Source: Gemmatimonadota bacterium
Lineage (GTDB): Bacteria > Gemmatimonadota > Gemmatimonadetes > Gemmatimonadales > GWC2-71-9
DNA: 64,000 bases
NCBI GenBank assembly: GCA_029862925.1
Contig: JAOTWJ010000003.1
Span: forward strand, 429-64,428
Direction: 5' to 3'
In this document: positions 1-8,767 of the stretch, one piece after another
Layout of the letters: every line of letters begins with the position of its first letter
Position numbering within the stretch: position 1 is the first letter of the stretch
The notes under the pieces: model-generated
What the model was told of the DNA's origin: nothing
The model's database searches: none
Seen by the model: the letters and a program-made list of their open reading frames with translations, nothing else
Translations under genes and position numbers: made by a program

Positions 1-696
1 TTCGAGCAGCGCCCGGTCGGCGAGCAACGCTCCGAGCTCCCGATCGGCCACCACCCGCCCGCCGTACAGCACGACGCCCCGCCCGCACAGCGCGCGGGCG
101 AGCGTGAGGTCGTGGGTCGCCACGAGCAGTGTCTCGCCACGGGCGCGGAGCAGGTCCACGAGCCGCATCCGGCCACGCGCGTCGAGGTCTCCGGTCGGCT
201 CGTCGAGCGCCAGCACCACGGGGCGCGACACCAACACCGTCGCGAGGGCGGCCAACCGCCGCTCCCCACCACTGAGGTGGTGGGCCGCCCGCGCCCCCAC
301 CCCGTCGAGGCCCAGCTCACGGAGCATGGCTGTCGCTCGCGCCGCGGCATCGACGGGCCCCACCCCATCGTTCAGCGGTCCGAACGCCACGTCTTCCATC
401 AGCGTCGGCAGGAAGAGCTGGTCGTTCGGGTCCTGAAACACGAGCCCCACCTTGCGGCGAATGTCCGACAGCCCGGGGCCCGCGTCGACGGTCACTCCCT
501 CGATCCACACACCGCCTGCCGTCGGCCGCAGCAGACCGTTCAGGTGCTGGAGCAGTGTGCTTTTGCCGGATCCGGTGGGGCCCAGCACGGCCACCCGTTC
601 GCCGCGCGCGACGGCGAGCGACACGCCGTCCAGGGCGGGCGTGCCGTCGGGGTAGTGGAACCCCAGCTCCCGGATCTCGACGAGCGGCGCGGTCAC
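1..696 (-). CDS. cbiO: ECF-type Co/Ni transporter ATPase (CbiO/NikO), 3' end beyond window
   Basis: Manual translation (absent from ORF track): GTG at 696 overlapping cbiQ stop; Walker A GPTGSGKST, Q-loop FQDPNDQLF, signature LSGGE, Walker B LALDEP, H-loop ATHD. Confidence 0.9.
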   Translation of the reverse strand, partial: MTAPLVEIRELGFHYPDGTPALDGVSLAVARGERVAVLGPTGSGKSTLLQHLNGLLRPTAGGVWIEGVTVDAGPGLSDIRRKVGLVFQDPNDQLFLPTLMEDVAFGPLNDGVGPVDAAARATAMLRELGLDGVGARAAHHLSGGERRLAALATVLVSRPVVLALDEPTGDLDARGRMRLVDLLRARGETLLVATHDLTLARALCGRGVVLYGGRVVADRELGALLADRALLE

Positions 697-1454
697 CCGC
701 GGGCCAGCACGGCGGTGACGAGAACCAATCCGAGCAGCGTCGCCAGGGCCGCGACCATCCAGGCGCGCCACCGCCACTCGGTGAGGGTTGCCAACTCCCC
801 CTGGTAGCCGCGGGCGAGCATGGCCCGGTGGGTGCGCTCCGCCCGGGCGAACGCGCGTTGCAGGACGGCGGCCGCGACTCCGGCGGCAAGCCGGCGGCGG
901 CTGGCTGCCCCGGCCCCGGCGTTGCGCGAGCGGGCGGCACGCAGGAGACGCTCGAGCTCTTCCATCAACAGGTAGAGCAGACGGTAGGCGAGGCTCAGGG
1001 CCGTGGTCACCACGCGGGGCAACCGCAGCCGGCGCAAGGCGTCCAGCAGATCGGGGAACTCGGTGGTCGTGACGAGCAGGACCGCCGCACTGAGTGCCAC
1101 GACGGCCCGGGCCAGCACGAACCCGAAGCGCTCCACCCCCGGCCGCGTCACGGCGACCCACCCGAGGTCGAGCACCGGGTCGCCGGGAACGAACACGAGC
1201 AGTCCCGCCGACGCGAGCAGGACGAAGGCAAGCGGTCCGGACATCCGGCGTAGCAGCAGGGGGACGGGCACTCGGGCGAGGAGCGTCATCGCCGCCACGA
1301 GCGCGCCGAGGGCCGCCGCCGCCGGCCACGCCCCGAGCGGCAGCGTGGCGGCACCGACCGCGACACTGGTGGCTCCCACGAGGCGCGCCACGGGCGGCAT
1401 GGCGGTAACCGGCGAGGGCACCGTCGCGAACTGATCCAGGTGATGAAAGCTCAC
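693..1454 (-). CDS. cbiQ: ECF-type Co/Ni transporter T component (CbiQ)
   Basis: Hydrophobic; 'AARSR' and 'AMLARGY' X-R-X motifs; between cbiM and cbiO with GTGA overlaps. Confidence 0.88.
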   Translation of the reverse strand: MSFHHLDQFATVPSPVTAMPPVARLVGATSVAVGAATLPLGAWPAAAALGALVAAMTLLARVPVPLLLRRMSGPLAFVLLASAGLLVFVPGDPVLDLGWVAVTRPGVERFGFVLARAVVALSAAVLLVTTTEFPDLLDALRRLRLPRVVTTALSLAYRLLYLLMEELERLLRAARSRNAGAGAASRRRLAAGVAAAVLQRAFARAERTHRAMLARGYQGELATLTEWRWRAWMVAALATLLGLVLVTAVLARG

Positions 1455-2374
1455 GACCTGCTCCGGCGCGGGCGTGCCAGCCGGACAGCACCCCACACGA
1501 GCGCGAACGTGATGAGGACGCCCACCGCGGCCGCGACCCATGGGCCGCCGATCGGCGACCTGCTGTTGGGAAGCGACCCCGCCGTGCCCGCGGGTTCACC
1601 GCCGACCGCACCCAGCCGATCGAGCGCGGCCGTGAGCACGTCGGGCCGGGACGACGCCACCCCTGTGGCCACCACGGCGAGGCCCACCGCCAGCGCGAGC
1701 ACGCCGTAGCCCCAGCGGCGAGTGGCGCGTGGCGGGACCGCAACCGCGGCCGCGAGATCGGGCCGCGCCCGAAGCAGTGCTCCCAGAATCGCGGCGGTGA
1801 GCGCAGCCTCGCCCACCGCCACGATGCCGTGCGCTCCCCCGACGATGACCAACGCCGGCATCAACGGAACGGTCCCCGACAGCGCCAGCTCGGCCGCCAC
1901 CGCGCATCCGACGAGCAGCGTCGAGCCGAAGGCCGCCACGGCCGCCGCGCCAACACGCCGGCGGCGGCCCTCCCCGACGAGACCAAGCGACAGCTTGTAC
2001 AGCACGAACCCGCCGCCCCCGCCGCACACGGCCAGGTTCAGCGTGTTGGCGCCCACCGCGGCAATGCCGCCGTCCTGGAACAGCAGGGCCTGCACCAGGA
2101 CCACCGCGAACAGCACCAGCATGCCCGACCACGGTCCCACCACGGCCGTCACCAGCACGCCGCCCAGAAGGTGGGCGCTCGTGCCGGCGCCGAGGGGAAA
2201 GTTCAGCATCTGCGCCGCGAACACGAACGCCGTCGCGGCACCCAGAACGGGGGCCTCGCGTTCTTCCAGCCGTTGGCGGGATCGCTGGGCGGCGAGCGCC
2301 AGCACGGCCGCAGCGGCGGCCGCCGTGCCGGCGACGACCGGCGCGCTCAGGAATCCATCGGGGATGTGCGCCAC
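1451..2374 (-). CDS. cbiM: ECF-type Co/Ni transporter S component (CbiM/NikM) with fused C-terminal N-like segment
   Basis: N-term (M)AHIPDGFL, FAAQMLNFP..GTSAHLLGG, QALLFQDGG; extra C-terminal TMs with PDGLE-like 'SSRPDVL'. Confidence 0.88.
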   Translation of the reverse strand: MAHIPDGFLSAPVVAGTAAAAAAVLALAAQRSRQRLEEREAPVLGAATAFVFAAQMLNFPLGAGTSAHLLGGVLVTAVVGPWSGMLVLFAVVLVQALLFQDGGIAAVGANTLNLAVCGGGGGFVLYKLSLGLVGEGRRRRVGAAAVAAFGSTLLVGCAVAAELALSGTVPLMPALVIVGGAHGIVAVGEAALTAAILGALLRARPDLAAAVAVPPRATRRWGYGVLALAVGLAVVATGVASSRPDVLTAALDRLGAVGGEPAGTAGSLPNSRSPIGGPWVAAAVGVLITFALVWGAVRLARPRRSRS

Positions 2375-2388
2375 GGGAACCTACTGCA

Positions 2389-2461
<73 letters not shown>

Positions 2462-2509
2462 CCGGGGGCGGAAGTATAACCCCGACGAGAGCGGCGGAAA
2501 ACGGGTTCC

Positions 2510-2971
2510 TTACGGTGTCCCCTCCTCACGCCGCTCGGCCAGTTCGAGGGCGTCCGGGTACTTCCCACGAACCCGCGCGAGCACGTCGCGCGCCCGGTCG
2601 GGGTCCTTGCGGATCGTCCGGTAGATCTCTTCCAGTCGGATCGCGGCCTGAATCTCCACCGCTCGCGACGCACCGTGGGCCAAGTGGCTCTCGAGCAACC
2701 GGATCGTGTCGTCGAGCGTGGGTCGCGTGTTCGGTGGCGGACCGGCGGCGTCACCCTCGAGCAGGGTGCGCGCCAGCCATCCCCCGGCCGGCCCCAACAG
2801 GCGGTCCCAGAGCAGATCCCACAGGCTCCACAGGACGCCGCACGCTCCAGCGGCGGCGAGCAAGCGTACGCTGCGGAGTCCCACACCCGCCACGCCGAAC
2901 ACGACGGTCGCGACGGCAAAGACGGCGCGCCCGACCGCGGCGGGATGGGTGTACCGGGGGGTGGGGGTCAT
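2510..2971 (-). CDS. Hypothetical membrane protein with C-terminal TPR-like helix pair
   Basis: Two hydrophobic segments, then helical 'AAIRLEEIYRTIRKDPDRARDVLARV'. Confidence 0.65.
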   Translation of the reverse strand: MTPTPRYTHPAAVGRAVFAVATVVFGVAGVGLRSVRLLAAAGACGVLWSLWDLLWDRLLGPAGGWLARTLLEGDAAGPPPNTRPTLDDTIRLLESHLAHGASRAVEIQAAIRLEEIYRTIRKDPDRARDVLARVRGKYPDALELAERREEGTP

Positions 2972-3012
2972 GACGTGTGCGTGCTCGCGGGGCGGCCCAC
3001 AAGAGGTTATTT

Positions 3013-4113
3013 ATGACCCGCATGCCGGCTTCGCAAACGGATCGTTCCAGCGCACGACCGCGCGTCATCATCGTCGGCGGGGGCCTGGCCGGGCTGAGCG
3101 CGGCGCTCGACCTCGTCGACGGCGGGGCGGACGTCACCCTGCTCGAGGCCGGTGACCGGTTCGGCGGCCAGGTGCGCACCACGCGCGAGCGCGGGTTCCT
3201 GGTCGAGGAGGGGGCCGATGGGTTTGCCCCCGAGCAGCTGGCGCTCCGCGGACTCGTCCGCGACCTGCGGCTCGACGACGAGTTGCTCATCCCCGAAGAT
3301 CTTCCCACGCTCGTGCTCGAGCGACGCAACGGCTCGCGCGCGTTTCGCACGCCGCCGGAACCGGTGGCCGGCGCCGTGTCCGCCATCACCATGCGGCACG
3401 GCATGAGCGCCCTGGTGCGCGCCATGACACGGCGTCTCGAGGGGCGTGCCGACCTCCGGGTGGGCAGCGCGGCCGTCGCGCTCGAACAGAGTGGCACGCA
3501 GATGATGGTGTATCCGGAGCTCGGGCCGGCCCTCGTGGCGGACGCCGTGGTGCTGGCACTCCCTGCCCGCGCCGCCGCCTGGCTCCTCCATCCAATCCAA
3601 GCCGAGTGCGCCCGCGCCCTCGCCAGTCTGAACGCCCGCTCCCTGATCGTGACCAGCGTGGCCTATCGGCGCGGCGACGTGGCGCACCCGCTCGACGCCG
3701 CCGGCTTCTTGGTGCCGCATACCCCGGGCGATGAGGGCCTCGAGGCGTGTGCGTTCGTCACCTCCACCATGGCCCAGCGGGCGCCGGCGGACGCCGTGCT
3801 GCTCCGCGCCCTGCTCCGCCCCGCGCGCGGCGAGCTGGCGTCGACCACGGACGAGGGATGGGTGCGCGCCGCGCACACGATCCTGTCACCGGTGCTGGGG
3901 CTCGGGGCCGAGCCGGTCGCGGCCTGGGTCGCTCGCTGGACGGACGCCATCCCCATGATCGACGCGGAGTACAAGCACCTCCTGGCCGAGGCGGTGGGTG
4001 AGCTCGCGCGTCTGGGGCGGCTCGCGCTCGCCGGAGCCGCGTTCGGTGACCCCGGGCTGGATGGCGCGCTGCGCTCCGGCCGCGAAGCCGCCCACCGCCT
4101 CCTGTCGGCATGA
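3013..4113 (+). CDS. FAD-dependent oxidoreductase, protoporphyrinogen/coproporphyrinogen oxidase (HemY)-like, internally shortened
   Basis: IIVGGGLAGLSAA Rossmann motif, LLEAGDRFGGQVRT, VEEGADGF, GFLVP, C-term GLDGALRSG; start 3013 or 3022. Confidence 0.75.
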   Translation: MTRMPASQTDRSSARPRVIIVGGGLAGLSAALDLVDGGADVTLLEAGDRFGGQVRTTRERGFLVEEGADGFAPEQLALRGLVRDLRLDDELLIPEDLPTLVLERRNGSRAFRTPPEPVAGAVSAITMRHGMSALVRAMTRRLEGRADLRVGSAAVALEQSGTQMMVYPELGPALVADAVVLALPARAAAWLLHPIQAECARALASLNARSLIVTSVAYRRGDVAHPLDAAGFLVPHTPGDEGLEACAFVTSTMAQRAPADAVLLRALLRPARGELASTTDEGWVRAAHTILSPVLGLGAEPVAAWVARWTDAIPMIDAEYKHLLAEAVGELARLGRLALAGAAFGDPGLDGALRSGREAAHRLLSA

Positions 4114-4799
4114 CCCCCTCCGCCTCCGGTTGGCCGACCCGCCTGCGGAACGGCGGCGCTCTCTCCCTCATCCTCTTCGGGCTTGGCGCCACCGGGACGG
4201 TCGAGGCGCAGGGCTTGGCGACGGTGTGTCGTGCCGTGAGCACGCCCACGGTCGGCCAGTGGGCGGCGTACCGGCTCTCGGTGGGATCCGCGGACCGCGT
4301 GACGGGCCTCCGGTCCGCGATCACCGGCGACGAACGCATCAATGGGACGACCTTCGTCTGGCAGCAGATCACGACGACGGGTGACGTGGGCGAAGTGGCG
4401 GTGCGCATGCTCGTCCCCGGCGACCCCTACCGGCCGACCGACATCCGGCGTGCCATCGTGCAGTTACCCGGACAGGAGCCCCTCGAGCTCCCGCCCCACC
4501 TCGTCGCGCAGTTCGGCGCCGAGCACGGAACGGGGGCCGCCCCGGACCCCATGGAGACGTGTCGCGAGGGGCACGCCCTCGATTGGGAGATGGTCACCGT
4601 CCCCGCCGGTACGTTCCGGGCGCTGCGGGTCCGACACGTGCGCGACGGTCGCACGGCGGATACGTGGCTGGTGCCCGGCATTCCCTTCGGACAGGTGCGA
4701 ACGATCGTGTCCGGCGCGTCCCCCGCGGAGCGTGCCGAGGTCGTGCTCACCACCTACGGGCAGGACCCGCCGGCCCGTCCGGTCCCGCGTCGCCCGTGA
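4110..4799 (+). CDS. Secreted hypothetical protein ([13 protein letters not shown] family)
   Basis: Signal peptide ending VEA|Q; '[12 protein letters not shown]' and 'WLVPGIPFG' motifs; ATGA overlap. Confidence 0.7.
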   Translation: MTPSASGWPTRLRNGGALSLILFGLGATGTVEAQGLATVCRAVSTPTVGQWAAYRLSVGSADRVTGLRSAITGDERINGTTFVWQQITTTGDVGEVAVRMLVPGDPYRPTDIRRAIVQLPGQEPLELPPHLVAQFGAEHGTGAAPDPMETCREGHALDWEMVTVPAGTFRALRVRHVRDGRTADTWLVPGIPFGQVRTIVSGASPAERAEVVLTTYGQDPPARPVPRRP

Positions 4800-5440
4800 G
4801 CACGGCTGCCTTCCCCAACTTGACCGTCGTGGACCACCCGCTGGTCCAGCACAAACTGACGCGGCTGCGTGACCGGACCACGGGCACGCGCAACTTCAAG
4901 GCGCTCGTGAGCGAGCTCGCGATGCTGATGGCGTACGAGGCGACACAGGATCTCCCCCTGGAGGAGGTCGACGTCGAGACGCCGCTCGAGCGGACCGTCG
5001 GGAAAGACCTCGCGGGCAAGAAGCTCGCCCTGGTGCCGATCCTACGCGCGGGGCTGGGCATGGTCGACGGAATCACGCAGCTGGTTCCGCATGCGCGGGT
5101 CGGGCACATCGGACTCTACCGCGATCACGACACCCTCGAGCCCGTCGACTACTACTTCAAGATCCCCGGAAGCGAGGAGGACCGGCTCTTCCTGGTGCTC
5201 GACCCGATGCTCGCGACCGGCGGCTCGGGCGTCCAGGCGGTCCAGGCACTCAAGGACGCGGGGGCCGCTCGGATCCGGCTGCTGTGTCTCGTCGCCGCCC
5301 CGGCGGGCGTCCGCCGCATGTTCCAGCATCACCCGGACGTGCGGATCTTCACGGCGGCCCTCGACCGCGCGCTCAACGCCCAGGGTTACATCCTCCCCGG
5401 TCTCGGCGACGCCGGCGACCGATTGTTCGGCACGAGGTAG
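4796..5440 (+). CDS. upp: Uracil phosphoribosyltransferase
   Basis: [44 protein letters not shown]. Confidence 0.97.
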   Translation: MSTAAFPNLTVVDHPLVQHKLTRLRDRTTGTRNFKALVSELAMLMAYEATQDLPLEEVDVETPLERTVGKDLAGKKLALVPILRAGLGMVDGITQLVPHARVGHIGLYRDHDTLEPVDYYFKIPGSEEDRLFLVLDPMLATGGSGVQAVQALKDAGAARIRLLCLVAAPAGVRRMFQHHPDVRIFTAALDRALNAQGYILPGLGDAGDRLFGTR

Positions 5441-5448
5441 AACGCACC

Positions 5449-5619
5449 ATGCGACAATACGAGGTAGTCATCGTCCGGCTGGCCGGCCGGAGCCGCTCCG
5501 ACGAGGAGGGACTCACCGACCTGCTCAACGAACGGGCCCGCGCCGGCTGGCACTTCCACTCGACGACGCCGCTCAGCACGACCCGCGTCCTCGCCGTCTT
5601 CTATCGTGACGCTGCCTGA
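5449..5619 (+). CDS. Small DUF4177-like protein (56 aa)
   Basis: MRQYEVV...LLNERARAGW...VFYR pattern; fills upp-NUDIX gap. Confidence 0.7.
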   Translation: MRQYEVVIVRLAGRSRSDEEGLTDLLNERARAGWHFHSTTPLSTTRVLAVFYRDAA

Positions 5620-6181
5620 TCCGTCCCGGGGGGCGGCCGGTGAGCGGCTCGGCTCGCGGCGCGCCTGGAGCGGCCGGCTCCTCGCCGTCGATGTCGACGC
5701 GATCCGCGCCCCGGACGGGACCGAACTGGAACTCGAAATGGTGCGGCATCCGGGCGCGGCGGCAGTGGTGCCCCTGCTGTCCGATGCCGACGCCGAGGAC
5801 CCCGCGGTTCTGCTGCTGCGGCAGTACCGCTATGCCGCCGGGGGGATGCTGTGGGAGATTCCCGCCGGCGTGCTCGAGGCCGGCGAGGAGCCGGTCGACT
5901 GCGCCCGCCGTGAGTTGCGGGAGGAAACCGGCGCCGAGGCGGACCGGATCGAGCACCTCGTGTCCATCTTCACCACGCCAGGCTTCACCGATGAGCGGAT
6001 CCATCTGTTCCTCGCCACGGGACTTCGCGCGGGTGCCGCGCACCCCAACCCCGACGAACTGATCGAGGTGGCACCCCGCCCACTGTCGCAGGCGCTCGCC
6101 ATGATCCGCGACGGCGACATCCAGGACGCCAAATCCATCGTGGCCCTCTTGTACGTGGCCGGGTTCTCCCTCAACCGGTGA
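5606..6181 (+). CDS. NUDIX hydrolase, ADP-ribose pyrophosphatase (NudF-like)
   Basis: HPGAAAVV, QYRY, Nudix box GVLEAGEEPVDCARRELREETG, TPGFTDE, IQDAKS. Confidence 0.92.
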   Translation: MTLPDPSRGAAGERLGSRRAWSGRLLAVDVDAIRAPDGTELELEMVRHPGAAAVVPLLSDADAEDPAVLLLRQYRYAAGGMLWEIPAGVLEAGEEPVDCARRELREETGAEADRIEHLVSIFTTPGFTDERIHLFLATGLRAGAAHPNPDELIEVAPRPLSQALAMIRDGDIQDAKSIVALLYVAGFSLNR

Positions 6182-6203
6182 GTGGACCACAGGGAACACC
6201 GCC

Positions 6204-6221
6204 TGTCCCCTCACGAGGACA
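6204..6221. promoter_or_regulatory. Palindromic putative activator site TGTCCCCTCACGAGGACA
   Basis: TGT-N12-ACA palindrome, 12/18 identical to 56028-56045; about 110 bp upstream of a sigma54-like element. Confidence 0.45.
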
Positions 6222-6331
6222 GCGGAAACCTTTGGCCGCTGCCTGGCGTTGTTCTGGGAGAGGCCCGGTAAGCCCCTGCCTGAGCAACGGTTAGTGGGGC
6301 TCGGGCATCCAAGAGAGGGGAGGGGGAGCGT

Positions 6332-6346
6332 CGGTATGCTTGTTGC
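6332..6346 (+). promoter_or_regulatory. Putative sigma54 -24/-12 promoter
   Basis: CGGTATGCTTGTTGC versus consensus TGGCACG-N4-TTGC, correct GG-N10-GC spacing. Confidence 0.55.
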
Positions 6347-6437
6347 CCCCCTGGGCAAACGTCAGCACGGAGCCGGTCTATCGGATTCTCGTTGTTCGGA
6401 AGGAGCGGATGCCGCGGGGCATCCCGGGGAGCCTCAC

Positions 6438-7061
6438 ATGACCATTGCCTCTGCCGCGCCGCGTCCGCTCGGGACGGCGGCGCTCACGACCCTCGGCGAC
6501 TCCGAGGTCGTGGCGAGCTACCTCGCCGGTGAACGGCGCGCGTTCGACGTGCTCGTCGACCGCTATCAGCGGCGGCTGATCAACTTCGTCTACCGCACGA
6601 TCGGCGACCGGGAGCGGGCAGAGGACCTCGTCCAAGAGGTCTTCATCCGCGTGCATCGCCATCTGCACCGGTTCGACCAGACCAAGAAGTTCTCGACCTG
6701 GATCTATACGATCGCGTCGAACCTGGCCAAGAACGAGCTGCGCAACCGGAGCCGCAACCCCCTCGTGCTGTTCCAGACGATCCGCAAGGACTCGGACCAG
6801 GACAGCCGGCCGCTGCAGTTCGAAGACCGGCACACGCGCCCGGACGATCTGTTCCGCAAGCGCCATTTGCGGGAGCTCGTCGACTGGGCGGTCACGCGCC
6901 TCCCCGAGCACCATCGCATCGTGTTCGTGCTGCGAGAACTCGAGGGCAAGACGTACGAGGAAATCGCGGAGATCACGGACTGCAATCTGGGGACGGTGAA
7001 GAGCCGTCTGAATCGGGCGCGCGCGCGCTTCGCCCAGGTCATCGGTCCCTGGATGGACTGA
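6438..7061 (+). CDS. ECF sigma-70 factor (RpoE/SigW-like)
   Basis: AEDLVQEVFIR, FSTWIYTIASN, region 4 TYEEIAEITDCNLGTVKSRLNRAR; GGAG SD before ATG 6438. Confidence 0.93.
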   Translation: MTIASAAPRPLGTAALTTLGDSEVVASYLAGERRAFDVLVDRYQRRLINFVYRTIGDRERAEDLVQEVFIRVHRHLHRFDQTKKFSTWIYTIASNLAKNELRNRSRNPLVLFQTIRKDSDQDSRPLQFEDRHTRPDDLFRKRHLRELVDWAVTRLPEHHRIVFVLRELEGKTYEEIAEITDCNLGTVKSRLNRARARFAQVIGPWMD

Positions 7062-7087
7062 CCGGCAGCGGCCCTCCCGTCCCCTCC

Positions 7088-7120
7088 ACGCCGGCGTCCG
7101 GGCTCCCCGGACACCGGCGT
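7088..7120 (+). terminator. GC-rich hairpin after sigma gene (no U tract)
   Basis: ACGCCGGCGTCCGGG-CTC-CCCGGACACCGGCGT inverted repeat. Confidence 0.45.
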
Positions 7121-7182
7121 CGCCATATCCGGAACCTTCCGAGAGCCGCCCGGTACAAGAACCGGATCCTCCTGGTACGACC

Positions 7183-7668
7183 ATGACCTGCAGCGATTTC
7201 CTTCACGCCTATTCGGAGTACCGCGATGGCCTGCTCCGCGACCCGGCCGCGGTGACGGCCGTCGAGGCGCATCTCAAGGGGTGCCCCACGTGCGCACGCC
7301 TCGCCCGGGCCATGGCGATCGGGCTCTCCGCCCTGCGGGATACCGAAGACGTCGCTCCCTCGCGACGTTTCCGGACGGAGCTCACGCACCGGCTGCGGGC
7401 GGAGGTCGCGATTGGCGACCCGATCGCCCCGACGCACGCGGGGCTTGCGGCGGCGTTGCTGTTGGCGGCGGCCCTCGGACTGCTACTCTACGAGAGCGTC
7501 GTGCGACCGGAGATCGCGGCGGTTGTCCGCTCGGAGGCGATCCCGGTCGACACGCGTCCCTACGCGCCCGCCCTGACCGACGTCACCCTCCCGGCGTTCA
7601 CCCATTCCGCGCTCCAGTTCCACAGCCAGCAGATCCCCCTCGGCTCGTACGCCGCCTTCACGCGCTGA
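7183..7668 (+). CDS. Zinc-binding anti-sigma factor (zf-HC2) with one TM helix
   Basis: MTC...HLKGCPTC (HxxxCxxC); hydrophobic AALLLAAALGLLLY; follows ECF sigma. Confidence 0.85.
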   Translation: MTCSDFLHAYSEYRDGLLRDPAAVTAVEAHLKGCPTCARLARAMAIGLSALRDTEDVAPSRRFRTELTHRLRAEVAIGDPIAPTHAGLAAALLLAAALGLLLYESVVRPEIAAVVRSEAIPVDTRPYAPALTDVTLPAFTHSALQFHSQQIPLGSYAAFTR

Positions 7669-7714
7669 CGCGCGGCTTTCATCCCCTCTGGCGGACGGGT
7701 AATTTCCGCCTGTC

Positions 7715-8767
7715 ATGGCCGACCTCTCTTTCGAGCAGGCATTCACCGCCCTGAAGCGGGGCGACGTCCAGCCCGTGTACTACCTCACGGGTCCCGAGGA
7801 ACTTCTGAAGGACGAGCTCGTGGCGGCCATCGTCGGTCGGGTGCTGGACGCCACCACCCGCGACTTCAACCTGGACGTGCGCGCGGCCGGGGATATCGAC
7901 GGAGAGGCGCTGCATGCTCTCGTGGAAACCCCGCCCATGCTCGCCGAGCGGCGCGTGGTCGTGGTGCGCGGGATCGATCAGTGGCGGAAGAACGCGCGCG
8001 TCCGCGAGGTGCTCACCCGTTATCTGGACCAGCCGTCGCCTACCACGGTGCTGATCCTGACCCAGGGCGGCGACGGCCAACCCGACCCCTCGGTGACCCG
8101 CTCCGCCACCCACGTGCCCGTCACGGGACTCAAGCCGCAGCAGGTGGCCCGCTGGCTCGCCCGGCGCGCGACCGCCGCCGGCGTGACGCTCGACGCCGAC
8201 GCGGCGGAGCATCTTCTCGCCGCGGTCGGGGGCGACCTGAGCCACCTGGCGTTGGAGGTCGAGAAGTTGGCGGTGGCCGCCGTCGGGACCGAGCGCGTGA
8301 CGACCGCCGACGTGGCGCGCCTGGTCGGGGTCCGGCGTGGAGAGACCGTGCATGACTGGGTCGACGCCGCGCTGGGGCGGGACACGCCCCGCGCGCTCTC
8401 GCTGGTGGACCTGGTCCTCTCACAGGCGGGCGTGACTGGCGTGCAGCTCGTCATGGTGCTGGGGACGGCGCTGATCGGCGTGCGGCTGGCCCGCGCCGAA
8501 GCCGACGCCGGAACCCCCTGGGGGCGGCTCCCGGGGCGGTTGTTTCAGCGGCTGCGCGCGGCCCGTCCGCCGCGGCTGCGCGACTGGAAACTCGAAGCCG
8601 AAACCTGGGCTGGCGCGGCCCGCCACTGGTCAGCAGCCGAACTCGACCGGGCCATCGCGGCAGCCGCCAACGCCGATCGCCGCCTCAAGTCCACGACGAT
8701 TGCCGACGAACGCGGCATTCTGCTCGAGCTGCTGCTCGACCTCCCCCGTCCGAGGGCCGCCGCATGA
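7715..8767 (+). CDS. holA: DNA polymerase III subunit delta
   Basis: PVYYLTGPEE, DFNLD, TPPMLAERRVVVV, LALEVEKL, ADRRLKS. Confidence 0.9.
   Translation: MADLSFEQAFTALKRGDVQPVYYLTGPEELLKDELVAAIVGRVLDATTRDFNLDVRAAGDIDGEALHALVETPPMLAERRVVVVRGIDQWRKNARVREVLTRYLDQPSPTTVLILTQGGDGQPDPSVTRSATHVPVTGLKPQQVARWLARRATAAGVTLDADAAEHLLAAVGGDLSHLALEVEKLAVAAVGTERVTTADVARLVGVRRGETVHDWVDAALGRDTPRALSLVDLVLSQAGVTGVQLVMVLGTALIGVRLARAEADAGTPWGRLPGRLFQRLRAARPPRLRDWKLEAETWAGAARHWSAAELDRAIAAAANADRRLKSTTIADERGILLELLLDLPRPRAAA

Noticed and set aside
6204..6221. TGT-N12-ACA as a PpsR/CrtJ photosynthesis operator
   Set aside because: No bch/crt/puf genes in the window; pattern alone is too unspecific
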